From positions 136,526,001 through 136,590,000 of the forward strand of contig CM059432.1 of assembly GCA_030390025.1 (NCBI GenBank): DNA of 64,000 nucleotides. Direction: 5' to 3'. Positions within the stretch are counted from its first letter, which is position 1. Every line of letters starts with the position of its first letter. This document shows, piece after piece, positions 50,109-61,167 of the stretch. The notes below the pieces were generated by a model. It was given only the letters and a program-made list of their open reading frames with translations, made no database searches and was not told where the DNA came from. A program made the position numbers and the translations under genes. Source of the stretch: Squalus acanthias. Taxonomy: Eukaryota.

Positions 50109-51323
50109 TTAAACGAATCTGGCATAGATTAGTGCATCCCTTGCATCACGGGCAGCAATGTGCTCGCGTGCTGCTGGAACTGGCGCATCCGCCTCCGCAA
50201 GATCTTCCTCCTCCTCCTTATCTGAGGAGGCTATGCACTGAGCCACTTGTTCCTCAGGCAGCTGGAAGCCACGCTGCTGTGCGATGTTGTGCAGTGCACA
50301 GCAGACCATAATGATTCTGGAGACCCTGGCTGCTGAATACTGTAGGGCTCCACCTGATCTGTCAAGACATCTGAATCGCATTTTGAGCAAACCGATGGTT
50401 TGCACGATGATGGCTCTGGTGGAAATGTGGCTGGCATTGTAGCGCTCCTCAGCTTCGTTTGATGGCCTCCTCAACAGCATCATTAGCCACGTCTTCAGGG
50501 GATAGCCCTTGTCTCCAAGTAGCCATCCGGAAAGTTGGGTTGGTGGATTGAAGAGCGGAGGCACAGTAGACTGCTGCAGAATGAATGAGTCATGGCAACT
50601 GCCAGGGTACTTCGCGCAAACATGCATAATGTTCTTCCTGTGGTTACACACCAGCTGGACGTTAAGGGAGTGGAAGTCCTTGCGGTTGACAAATACAGTT
50701 GGGTTGTGATGGGGTGCCCTAAGGGCCACATGTTTGCAGTCTACGATACCCTGCACCCTTGGCAAGCCTGCCATCTTTGCAAAGCCAACCGCACACACGG
50801 TTACACTTGCTTCATCCGTGGAGAAGTGGATGTAATTGTGCGCCTTTGCAAAGAGGTCATCAGTAACCTGCGTGATGCAAGTGTTAGCGGCCGACTGGGA
50901 GATACCGCTGAAGTCTGCTGATGATCCCTGGAAGGACACTGAAGCAAAAAAATTGAGTGCGGTGGTGACTTTGACAGCCACTGGTAAGGAGTGTCCGCCC
51001 GCTTCTCTGGGCTCCAGGTGTTGGTGCAACATTGCACAGAAGTCAGCGACGACCTCTCGCGAAAGTCTCAGCCTCCTTTGGCACTGCTGCTCAGTCATGT
51101 TGAGGAAGCTCATCCTCGGCCTGTAAACTCTGTGTTGGGGGTTTCTCCTGCGGCGAGGTGCAGCCCTGCACTGATGCCCTCTGCCCTGTGCAGCATCAGG
51201 TGGCTGAGCAGGAGGTTGGCGCTCCTGTTGTTGCTGCTGCTGTTGTGCCTCATTCTGCTGTTGCCGCAGCTGCTCTTCCTCTGAATCTGAGGACCAGGAT
51301 GATAGGGTATAAATGGTTCTCAT
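50109..51323 (-). CDS. PIF/Harbinger DDE transposase (HARBI1-like family), open 404-aa frame
   Basis: [64 protein letters not shown]-terminal poly-Q; expected catalytic E reads V. Confidence 0.9.
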   Translation of the reverse strand: MRTIYTLSSWSSDSEEEQLRQQQNEAQQQQQQQERQPPAQPPDAAQGRGHQCRAAPRRRRNPQHRVYRPRMSFLNMTEQQCQRRLRLSREVVADFCAMLHQHLEPREAGGHSLPVAVKVTTALNFFASVSFQGSSADFSGISQSAANTCITQVTDDLFAKAHNYIHFSTDEASVTVCAVGFAKMAGLPRVQGIVDCKHVALRAPHHNPTVFVNRKDFHSLNVQLVCNHRKNIMHVCAKYPGSCHDSFILQQSTVPPLFNPPTQLSGWLLGDKGYPLKTWLMMLLRRPSNEAEERYNASHISTRAIIVQTIGLLKMRFRCLDRSGGALQYSAARVSRIIMVCCALHNIAQQRGFQLPEEQVAQCIASSDKEEEEDLAEADAPVPAAREHIAARDARDALIYARFV

Positions 51324-54300
51324 GCTGCTGGTAGGTATGTCAGTTGAGGACGAGAAGTTATACGCACTCAGTCAATGTGGGGAGAGGGTTTTCCCAGGAG
51401 GTCACAGTGCATATGGATCTCAGCTTCACCACTTACAAGCTCAATAGACCTGCAAAAAGTGTTCCTGAAAAAACAAAGTTCTGTCATCTGTAAGTCAGCC
51501 ATATTAGAGCTCCGTTTTTATGTGGGAGCTGCAGCTGTCTAGAAGTCAGGCACAATCAGTTGGCGTGGTTTGCAAATGGCGTGGAACATGCTGAAAATGT
51601 ACAAAAATTGAAATACCCTGTTAAAATCGGCTTATCCAGGCAGTTAACAAGCTGTTAACTGGCTTAAGGGCCTCTCCCGCCACTTGATGGCAGGACCGAT
51701 CGGGACTCCCAGAGCCAGCACTTGGTAAAGTAACGTGGAGGCGGGTTGACGGTAGGATCGCAACCCGTCATCAATCATAAAGATTTTAACCTCTGACCCG
51801 CCTCCAAACCCGCCGATAAAATCGCAGCCTTTATGTCCTCCTCACAACTTGCTTTCCCACCTATCTTTGTATTGTCTGCAAATTTGGCTACAATACACTC
51901 GCTTCCTTCATCCAAGTCATCAATATAGATTGAAAATAGTTGAGGCCCCAGCACTGATCCCTGTGGCACCCCACTAGTTACAGATTGCCATCCTGAAATG
52001 ACCCATTTATCCCGACTCTCTGTTTTCTGTTAGTTAGCCAATCCTCTATCCAATCTAATATATTACCCCCAACACCATGAGCTCTTATCTTATGCAGTAA
52101 CCTTTAATGTGGCACCTTGTCGAATGCCTTTTGGAAATCCAAATACACTACATCTACTGGTTCCCCTTTATCCACCCTGCTTGTTACCTCCTCAAAAGAA
52201 CTCTAATAGATTTGTCAAACACAATTTCCCTTTAATAAAACCATGTTGACTCTGTTTGATTGTATTATGATTTTCTAAATGCCCTGCTACTACTTCCTTA
52301 ATAATGGATTCCAGCATTTTGCCAATGACAGATGTTAGGCTAACTGACCTATAGTTTCCTGCTTTCTGTCTCCCTCCTTTTTTGAATAAGGGTGTTACAT
52401 TTGCGGTTTTCCAAGCCGCAGGGACTTTTCCAGAGTCAAGGGAATTTTGGAAGATTACAACCAATGCATCCACTATCTCTGTAGTCACTTCCTTGAAGAC
52501 CCTAGGATACAGACCATCAGGTCCAGGGGACTTGTCAGCCTTTAGACCCATAAATTTGCCAGGCACTTTTTCTCTAGTGATAGTGATTGTTTTAAGTTCC
52601 TCCCTCCCTTTAGCCCCTTGATTTTCTACTATTACTGGAATGTTTTTAGTGTCCTCTACTGTGAAGACAGATACAAAATATTTGTTCAATGCCTTAGCCA
52701 TTTCCTTGTTTCCCATTATTATTTCCCCAGTCTTGTCCTCTAAGGGACCAACGTTTATTTTAGCTACTCTCTTCCTTTTTATATACTTGTAGAAGCTCTT
52801 ACTGTCAGTTTTTATATTTCTTGCTTGTTTACTCTCATAAGCTATTTTCTCCCTCTTTATTATTTTTTTAGTCATCCTTTGCTGGTTTCTAAAATTTTCC
52901 CAATCTTCTGGCCTACCACTAATCTTTGCAACATTGTATGCCTTTTCTTTCAATTTGATACCATCCTTAACTTCCTTGGTTAGCCATGGTTGGTTCATCC
53001 TCTTCGAGTCTTTCTTTCTCACTGAAATACATCTTTGTTGAGAGTCATGAAATATCTCTTTAAATGTCTGCCACTGCTTTTCTACCATCTTACCTTCTAA
53101 TCTATTTCCCCAGTCCACTTTAGCCAACTCTCTCCTCATACCTTTGTAATTGCCTTTATTTAAGTTTGATACTCTAGTTTCAGACCCAAGTTTCTCACCT
53201 TCAAACTGAATGTGGAATTCTATCATGTTATGATCACTCTTCCCTAGAGGATCCTTTACTATGAGATCATTAATTAATCCTGTTTCATTACACATTACCA
53301 GATCTAAAATAGCCTGTTCCCTGGTGAGTTCCACAATGTATTGTTCCAAGAAACTGTCCTGAATACACTCTATGAACTCATCCTCAAGGCTGCTTTTGCC
53401 AATTTGATTTGTCCAATCTATATGAAGATTAAAATCGCCCACGATTATTGCAGTACCTTTCTTACAAGGGTGATGATCTCCAATTGATGCCCTCTAGTTA
53501 CTGACTCACTACGCAGGAAATACTAGTTTTTCCCTATTCCTCCCAAAGACAACCTTTCAATGCATGTGCTGTAATGTTACAAAACCAGCCATCCAAGGGA
53601 GAAAATCATTTCTACGGGCTTGCCAAGGTTAATTTGTTTTAACATTTGTTTGAATCCAAGCAAAAGTCATAATGAGGACTTCAAATAATTGGTTACTCCG
53701 CTTTAGAATAAAACATGTTTGGGCTAAGAAAAACTAATGGCTTCAAGTTTACCTCACTCCGATCTGGAAAAGAAAAGCTAAAGAAAGCAAATTACAGTCA
53801 TCATTCAAGAAGAAAATGAAAGGATTTGATTTCCATTAAAGGAACACACAAAAGCAGCATGTTACCAGTGATGCCAATGACTGCCAAATAATCCATATGT
53901 TTACTTCCCTTTTCTTGTCTGATAAAAATGACTTCTGCCTACAGTGTTACTGTCATTAGGTCTGCCTTGAATGAATCATATGCTTCAAAATAATCCTCAG
54001 ACGACATCCATCCCTTTCCACTTGCATCCTGTCGAAGGGGCACATGGGAAGTGATCATAAGGCACTGGCTCATCACTTGATAGCCGTTTTTAGAGAACCC
54101 ATTTGCAGAGGGCAAACTCCATGGTGTTAATCACTGCAAACACAATCAACATGTAGTCCCCCATCAAATGTAATTTTTAGCAGCAAATGAAGGAAGTAAA
54201 TAGATACGAGTCCCACAGAGCAGTTTTCTGTATTTGGAAGTAACACGCATGCATGCACATTAACTCAAGTCAGCACCACAACTGCAATATCGTAATTGCT

Positions 54301-54715
54301 GTTTCTGCCGCCACTGCTGCTACAGTACGGTCAAATAATTAAAGCTGTTCAATGTATTAAACATGACCATGAGCCCTAAAAGTAATTAATCACCTTTTAT
54401 TTTGTATTGCTCATACTAAGGTAATTCTACATCCCAGTTCTATGATACGCTACTCGATTGACACAGAAATGAGCAGCTAAAAAGACTCCAGTTAGTTGGT
54501 TGTAGTGGAGGGGTGGGGGTGGAGAGCAAAGGTGTTACAATTGGAGAGGGAGGAGAAAAATTAGCCAAGGTTCTCACTCTTATGACTTCTGTGGGGAAGG
54601 CCATGTGAGGTGAGGGCAGGATTTGGCTTAGCTATGACACCTACCATGGTTCACTACTAGCCAATCAAAGCTCACATGAATGGTCACTTCGGCAAGTTTG
54701 CAAGTTGATTGCCAG

Positions 54716-54873
54716 TGCCCATTAGCCAATACCCCATTAGCCCATTCCCATTAGACCATTCTCATTAGCCAATACCCCATTAGACCATTCCAATTGGACT
54801 AATACCCCATTAGACCATTCCAATTAGACCCTACCCCATTAGACTATTCCCATTAGACCATTCCCATTAGACC
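54716..54873. repeat. Minisatellite of 14-16-bp CCCATTAG(A/C)CCA(T/A)T units
   Basis: About ten tandem copies visible. Confidence 0.85.
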
Positions 54874-55012
54874 ATATGCTATCCTGAGTCAGCACCTTCA
54901 GGACATGAAGACAGAAAACTAAAGGGACATAATTAAAAGATCGATGGGCAGATATATAGTAACCAAAGTAATTCGATCTCAAATGCAGCCCCTTTTTTCC
55001 TCAGAACACAAT

Positions 55013-55846
55013 GGGCACGATCTTGCCAGCCCTGGGGAGACGGATTTGGAGGCGGGACTGCCGGGAAAATGGCAGAATCTGGGGGCAGGTACCCATCCCG
55101 GCCCCAACCCGCCTCTGTGCCATCTTCCCAGGAGGCGGGTAGCCGACCCGCGCCGGGTCCCGTCTCCTGGAGCAGGAAGGGGATTACAGCCACTTAACTG
55201 CCTGTTAACAGGTAGTTAACAGGCAGTTAAGAGGATTATCCATATTTTTCCACCAGAGGCGCGGGCTTCCCGACATCGGGAAACCCCGCCAGGGTCACCG
55301 AGGCGAGCAGTGGGTTTGCGGGATCCAAAAGTGTGCTGTGGAGGTAAGTGATGGGTGCAAGTGTGGAGAGGTAAGTGTGTGAGGTGAGTGAAAAGTGATA
55401 GAAAATGTTTACTTACCTTTGTTTCTTCCTGCAGGCTTCAACAGTTGGGGATGCGGAGGCTCTGGCATCTCACCGGCAGAGATGACAGATGGCTGCTGCA
55501 TTCTCCGATGCAACAGCCATCTAATTTCTGCTCACAAAAGAGGTTTGATGAGTCTTGAATACAAGAACATATCAAACAACAGAGAATGTCAGTGTTTGAC
55601 AGCTTCACAGAGCTGTCAAACGATGACAATTCATCTGTCAAAAATTTTTGACAGATGAAACGTCATACGCTGACATTCTCTGTAAGCGGCTTCCCCTTAA
55701 TTGGCCTGCTAAGCCTGCTGGGCGGGCTTAACAAGGTCAATCAAGGGAAAATAGCGTGGGTTGGCCAGAAGTTGATGGAGGTGGGACTAAAACCCGACAA
55801 GCAGCAGTCCCGCCTCCAACGCTCCCCCATTGACAAAATTGCCCCC
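55013..55846. mobile_element. Harbinger-type non-autonomous element, family A copy 3
   Basis: Ends GGGCACGATCTTGCC / GACAAAATTGCCCCC; AAT TSD (55010-55012, 55847-55849). Confidence 0.85.
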
Positions 55847-56669
55847 AATGTTACTACTAGCCAAGTCGTTGGATTAATGTTTCTTATTTCAAGAGTTTCC
55901 AATCACGCATAAATATGATAAGCAAAGCGAAAGAAAGAAATTTTAGAAAATGAAAATTCAAGTATCATTTGGAATTTGAATGAAATTAGATGCTTATTCA
56001 TTCATTATTATATTTTATTTAAGAAGAAAAATGTTCTTTATGAGGAAAGACTCCATGAATATTTATACGACAACACTGTAGACTACATGTAGTCATCCCA
56101 TTGTGACGACTATCTTCACTGAAGAAAGTGGATGGAATGGAGGTGCTCAGGTATAATGTTACGAGGTACAATTCTCCACAACACTGTAGCACAAGATTCA
56201 GAACATCTAACAAGGGATTATGTTTGTGAGAAAACTACTAAAAAAATGCCCTTTTTTTTGAAGTACACTTCAATTTCCCTTTAAGAAAAAAGGAATAAAA
56301 CTCAAGTAACGCATAAGCAAGGCCTGGCTCATTAAATATTTTATCCAACTGTGATGTTCAATCGAATGTAGAAGGATAAAGCTCGAAAATCACGCTGTGA
56401 ACAGAGGCACTGATTATTACAGCCAGCCAAAAGCTTAGTAATTTAACTTAAAACTAAATTTACACATGGCTATGAGTTTGCAGAAACCACAAAAAATGCT
56501 TTTAAGTTTCCTTGCTCCACTGAGTAAAGCAGACACATTGCTGGGAGCTCTCATGAAATGCTGCCTTCCCCTTTGCAGGTTCTCAATGATTTGAGTGGGA
56601 AGTTTTAATCCATTAAACAATAAGCAGAAAGATGAGAAGACAAACTCTTGGACTTAAGTTCTTCCTGCA

Positions 56670-56683
56670 GTTGCCATAGTAAC
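56670..56683. promoter_or_regulatory. RFX X-box-like motif
   Basis: GTTGCCATAGTAAC matches the GTNRCC-N-RGYAAC consensus and lies in non-repetitive sequence; function untested. Confidence 0.4.
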
Positions 56684-57405
56684 GCTTGTCACATTACCCT
56701 GAGATTATCTGTATGAGTGATAGAGTCTGGTTCCCTCAGCCCGAGTAATTGCATTTTGTTTTTTTTTTTGTTTTTTTTTAATCAAACTCACAAACAATAA
56801 GCGAACAAGCCTGACAGAAAGTCAATGCGACATTGACAGCTGTAAAGGCAGAGATCTGAATGGTCCCGGCCACCTATTATATTGAGGATGACGCGTTTGC
56901 TCACCTCCATGCATTTGAAAGAGACATAACAAAAAGCGTCAAAGCCAATCTGCTGCCGGAGTTGAAGGGAGATCCTGGATAGGAAAAAAAAAGCAGGACG
57001 CCAAGAATATCGCTCTTGTAACATCGAACTGATTTACTGAAATGATAGCTTAGTTGTTCACCTTGTAGCTATTCAAAATAAATTAAAATACAAACCAAAA
57101 CACTGGTTTGCTGTTATTCTTTTACTTTGCATGAAAGGATTTATAGCCAGCCAGTCTCACTCTTTCTGTTCCTTCAGAATCAAGGGTGCTTTACTTATAT
57201 TGGTGTCTCTATTGCCTTTTTTTAAAAATGTGTTAGCTGTTTGCAATAGATATTTTCTGCTAATTTTATGCAATTATCTCAAAATTCAAAATCTAAAAAG
57301 ACAAAATGTATTCGAAGATTAATAGGCTGTGTTTTTCTTGATTAATTCACAGTAACTAATTTTTGTCTTGCAAGTTCTGCACCTGAAACATGGGTTAACA
57401 ATACC

Positions 57406-57600
57406 AACAACAACACCTTGCATTTATATAGCGCCTATAGCATAGTAAAACGTCCCAGGGTGCTTCATAGGAGCGATTATCAAAGAAAATGTGACACCGA
57501 GTCACCTGAGGAGCTATTAGGACAGGTTAACAAAAGCTTGGTCAAAGAGGTAAGTTTTAAGAAGCGTCTTAAAGGAGAGAGAGGTAGAGAGGCGGAGAGG
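57406..57600 (-). mobile_element. L2 LINE 3' tip
   Basis: CAACAACAAC...TTGCATTTATATAGCGCC terminus. Confidence 0.8.
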
Positions 57601-58249
57601 TATCGTGAACAGTGTTTATAATAGAGTATCATATAACAACCATATTGTGTTAACCTTAGTGCAGCATCAAATAGGGTGCTGTTTAATTCATTATCCGCAC
57701 TATTGAGTGCTGATACTCAACAACAACTGTTTACATTTTGTTTGTGCTCCTCACATACAGAACAACATAACACTTCATAGGGTCTGTAATGTACTCATCC
57801 AGAGACTAGAGGGGGAACTAGGAGTTTTCTGTTGGAACAAAGACGATATAATGATTGAAACATGTGTAATAACCAAGGACTTCTCTTCCAAATAAATAAT
57901 CAGTGTCCGTAAAGACAAATATAACACTTTGGCGATAACAGTGGTTCAATAATATTAATGAATTTCAGGAAATCGAGGATGAGTTCAGGAAGCACAAATA
58001 TGATTAATTAACTCCTGTAGATTATGTATGTTTGCTGTAGGCCTCTGTATGTCTGGAATAAGTCAATGAGCATGGATCCAGTGATTCCCATATATCTATC
58101 GGAGCATCAGTACCGTTCTACTAGTAATCTGGTTTCAGTATTGCCTCAATATTACCCTCGTTCAAGCTAAGCAGATCCTACTTCAATGCCTTCAAGGGGT
58201 GAGAAATGGGGTGAAACAGTTTAAGTGTGCCATGATGAGTTTTGACATC

Positions 58250-59285
58250 GTGACTACTGTGAACTGCAGAGCCAAAAAGGTAAAATACAAGTAAGAGGAT
58301 GTTAAGATCAAACTGTACAGTGCTCTGGTCAGACTGCACTCCGAGTACGGTGTCCCGTTCTGGTCGCTGAGAAACCAGGGAGACATTCAAGCACTGGAAG
58401 CACTGTAGAGAAGAGTCACACGGCTGATCCCTCGAGTCAGGGCTCTGAGTTATGATGAAAGACTGGAGAAACTTGGACTTTTCCACCTGGAAACGAGGCA
58501 TCTGAGAGGCAATCTCATAGCGATATATAAGACAGTAAATGGTATGGAAAAGGTTATGGCAGAATGCTACTTTAAATTAAACTGTGGGAGTAGGACTTGG
58601 GGGGTGGCGGGACAGGTTGAAACTAGTAAAAGATCATTTTAGGTCTGATATCAGAAAGTTCTTCTTTATGCAGAGAGTGATCAGCACTAGGATTGGACTT
58701 ATGGGAAGAGTCTGTCTTGGCTATGTAGTTCATCATTTCATTGGATTTGTTGACTGGTTGAACTTGTTGAGCATTAAGCCTATTAAGTTCCTAGGTCTCT
58801 TTCAATTTAATCCTTAGCTATTTCAACACCATTGATAGAGTATGTATGTCATCCAAGTTTCCTTCCCATGTGCAATACATTACATTACATTACATTTATG
58901 TGCATTCAATTTCATCTGCCATTGTTTGTGGCCAGCTCAAATCTTTTGTTTAACTCATTCTGTAATTTCTGGGCTGCCTCCTTCGATTCCACTGGCTCTC
59001 CCAGATTGATATTGCCTACAGATTTGGTCATTTTGCATTGAGCTTCCGAACCCAATTCACTGATGTAAACTAAAAACAGTAGTGGTCCCAACACTGAGCC
59101 CTGAGGCACCCAGTGAGAACTTCCCCCATCTCAACATTACTCCTGTAACCAGTACCCAATGTTTTTCTACCCTTTAGCCAATTTCTTATCCATTCCCAGG
59201 TTTTCTTCTGAATCCCAAAAGCTTTGAGCTTAATTCCTAACCTTTCATGTGTAACTTTATCAATGCCTTTTAGAAATCTCAGACA
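58250..59285. mobile_element. Two old CR1 fragments (58250-58700 +, 58830-59285 -)
   Basis: Degenerate LYSALVRLHSEY (+) and PQGSVLGPLLFLVYI (-) motifs. Confidence 0.65.
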
Positions 59286-59610
59286 AAATCTCTGGAATCA
59301 TTTAACAAACAATTAGATGTAGCAATTGTGGGAGTGTAGGGTTGTTCTGGAGGGATTGATTAAGATGGTCTTCCTCCTCTGTAAGTATCTTGTGATCTTG
59401 TGAAACATCTGATACTGGAAGTGATACAGACTATGATGAGGCTAAGAAACCCCAAACTAATCATTTCACTCCCAGGCAAAATACAACACATGGATCAATC
59501 ATATTGTGACAGATTCAATAATGCAAGGATGAACCTATGGATACTTTTTACACACACTTACATCAACAAGCAGAAATATGGATTGCTGCAGATCACAAAA
59601 TGGAAACACA

Positions 59611-59837
59611 GATTACTCAGAGGGTGGTGAACCGGTGGAATTCTCTACCACAGAAGGCTTTGGAGGCCAAGTCACTGAATATATTTAAGAAGGAGATAGA
59701 TAGATTTCTAGACACAAAAGGCATCAAGGGGTATGGGGAGAGAGCGGGAATATGGTATTGAGATAGAGGATCAGCCATGATCATATTGAATGGCCGAATG
59801 GCCTACTCCTGCTCCTATTTTTCTATGTTTCTATGTT
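59611..59837 (+). mobile_element. CR1 LINE 3' tip
   Basis: TQRVVNRWNSLPQK; TTTCTATG tail. Confidence 0.85.
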
Positions 59838-60789
59838 TGTGATACCAAGCTCTGGATAAAAAAACACCTTGGATTAGAATTAGCCAGAGCACTTGATTTA
59901 GTTGTGCATCAGATATGGAGGCTATGCAACAAGTTGTCATCAACTGGATAAATGTTGAAGTGCATCATACCAAAGCAATCACTTTCTAGTCATACAGTGA
60001 TATCTTATTTTGATATGAACAGGCCAATGGAGATCGACATGGATGCCATTCCGATGGGCTTAGAATCTATTCTTATGCAAAAAGATGATTATAGTGCAAC
60101 CAGACTTAGCATCTATGTGCGGCCATTTAAAAATGTTATGCCCAACTTAGTGAAATCATTTAGCAAACCACATCCTAGTGAGAAATAATGAGTGAGGAAA
60201 AAATAACCCCAGGCAGGCCACCCGGTTCAACTCGAACTGCTTAAAGAGGTTCCCACCCCGATGGTCAGAAATAGTATTGTCGGAATCTCAACATGTCATA
60301 CTGACCAAATACAGGACTGATCTTCATGGCTCTGAAACTTAAGATGCAACCTTCAATATCCAAGATTAAACACCGCATACTTGCATCATCCCTTTTTCGA
60401 CCAAGGGACTTCCATTGTACCTGAAGGTCCCTGTTTTCTTAAAAGCTAGTATGCAGTTTTAGACAGTCTGGTTAGTTAGAGAAAAACATGACATGCTGTT
60501 GGCCTACCTTAAAAGGAAGTGAGGACTGCAGTGTATACATCCAGACACTAGAGGGGGGAACTAGGATTTTTTTTGTTGTCAGCATAAAGACCATGCCGTG
60601 ATTATATCAATGGTACGGAAAATATACAAATCATTTTTTATAAGGACAAATGCTATAGGGCAGAGAGAAGGAACAGTAAACACCAAGGAGGTGAGAAAAA
60701 GCAGAAAATCAGACATTAGAGAAGGACAGGGGTGAAAGTACATTAAAAAAGTGTTTTAAGGAGGTTTTTGAAAAGAAGGAGGTGTGTTG

Positions 60790-61167
60790 TAGGGTTGCCA
60801 ACCCTCCAGGATTGCCCTGGAGACTCCAGGAATTAAAGAGTGATCTCCTGGACACTGCTGCAAGTAACTCGGGAGAAAAATCATATAAGCAGCAGCAAAA
60901 GTTGTGTTTGGTTCATTTTCTTTCAGCACTTTTCATTTATTGGTTATAAAAATATTGGAGATGGGAAAAAAGGGTGTTTAACTGACAGTCAAGAATCATC
61001 CAATCGGATAATGAAGAGTCTGTTCTCTTTCCAATTGGTGTGGTAAGGCGACGCATCATGAGGATGGACAGGTCGGGCGGCCAATCAGTGGGTGCGTGGG
61101 GAAGGGGTGGTTGGAGGCAGGATGATGAAACCTGTGCTGATACGTCCAACCAGAGTTGGTAACACTG
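60790..61167. mobile_element. hAT-type MITE (378 bp) nested in a degraded L2
   Basis: TIRs TAGGGTTGCCAAC / GTTGGTAACACTG; 8-bp flanks GTGTGTTG (60782-60789) / GTGGGTTG (61168-61175). Confidence 0.78.

Larger units (their letters stand above)
47652..51829. mobile_element. Full-length PIF/Harbinger DNA transposon (two convergent genes)
   Basis: TIRs GGCCGCGATTTTATC / GATAAAATCGCAGCC; TTT at 47649-47651 and 51830-51832; Myb/SANT gene on +, DDE transposase on -. Confidence 0.92.
45945..53466 (-). mobile_element. CR1 LINE (~2.5 kb of CR1 sequence) split by the Harbinger insertion
   Basis: ORF 52192..53442 (GDFN...SDH endonuclease end, start of RT), 51830-52190 RT core, 46037..46807 C-terminus; halves rejoin as GCAGACTC-TTT-ATGTCCTC. 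Confidence 0.92.
57785..60657 (+). mobile_element. Degraded Gypsy-like LTR retrotransposon with short LTRs
   Basis: Diverged direct repeats 57785-57926 (TGT...ACA) and 60527-60657; TGGCGA at 57930; purine tract 60511-60525; RNase H-like ISYFDMNRPMEIDMDAIPMGLESILMQ (~60000-60080); flanks GGTC / GGGC. Confidence 0.7.

Noticed and set aside
50109..51323. Host HARBI1 gene
   Set aside because: The ORF lies between TIRs with a TSD and next to a Myb partner, so it is a transposon copy rather than the domesticated gene.
53930..54134. Minus-strand acceptor TTTGCAG followed by INTMEFALCKWVL* and an overlapping ~63-codon open frame
   Set aside because: No recognisable protein family and no partner exons identified; cannot support a host exon from sequence alone.
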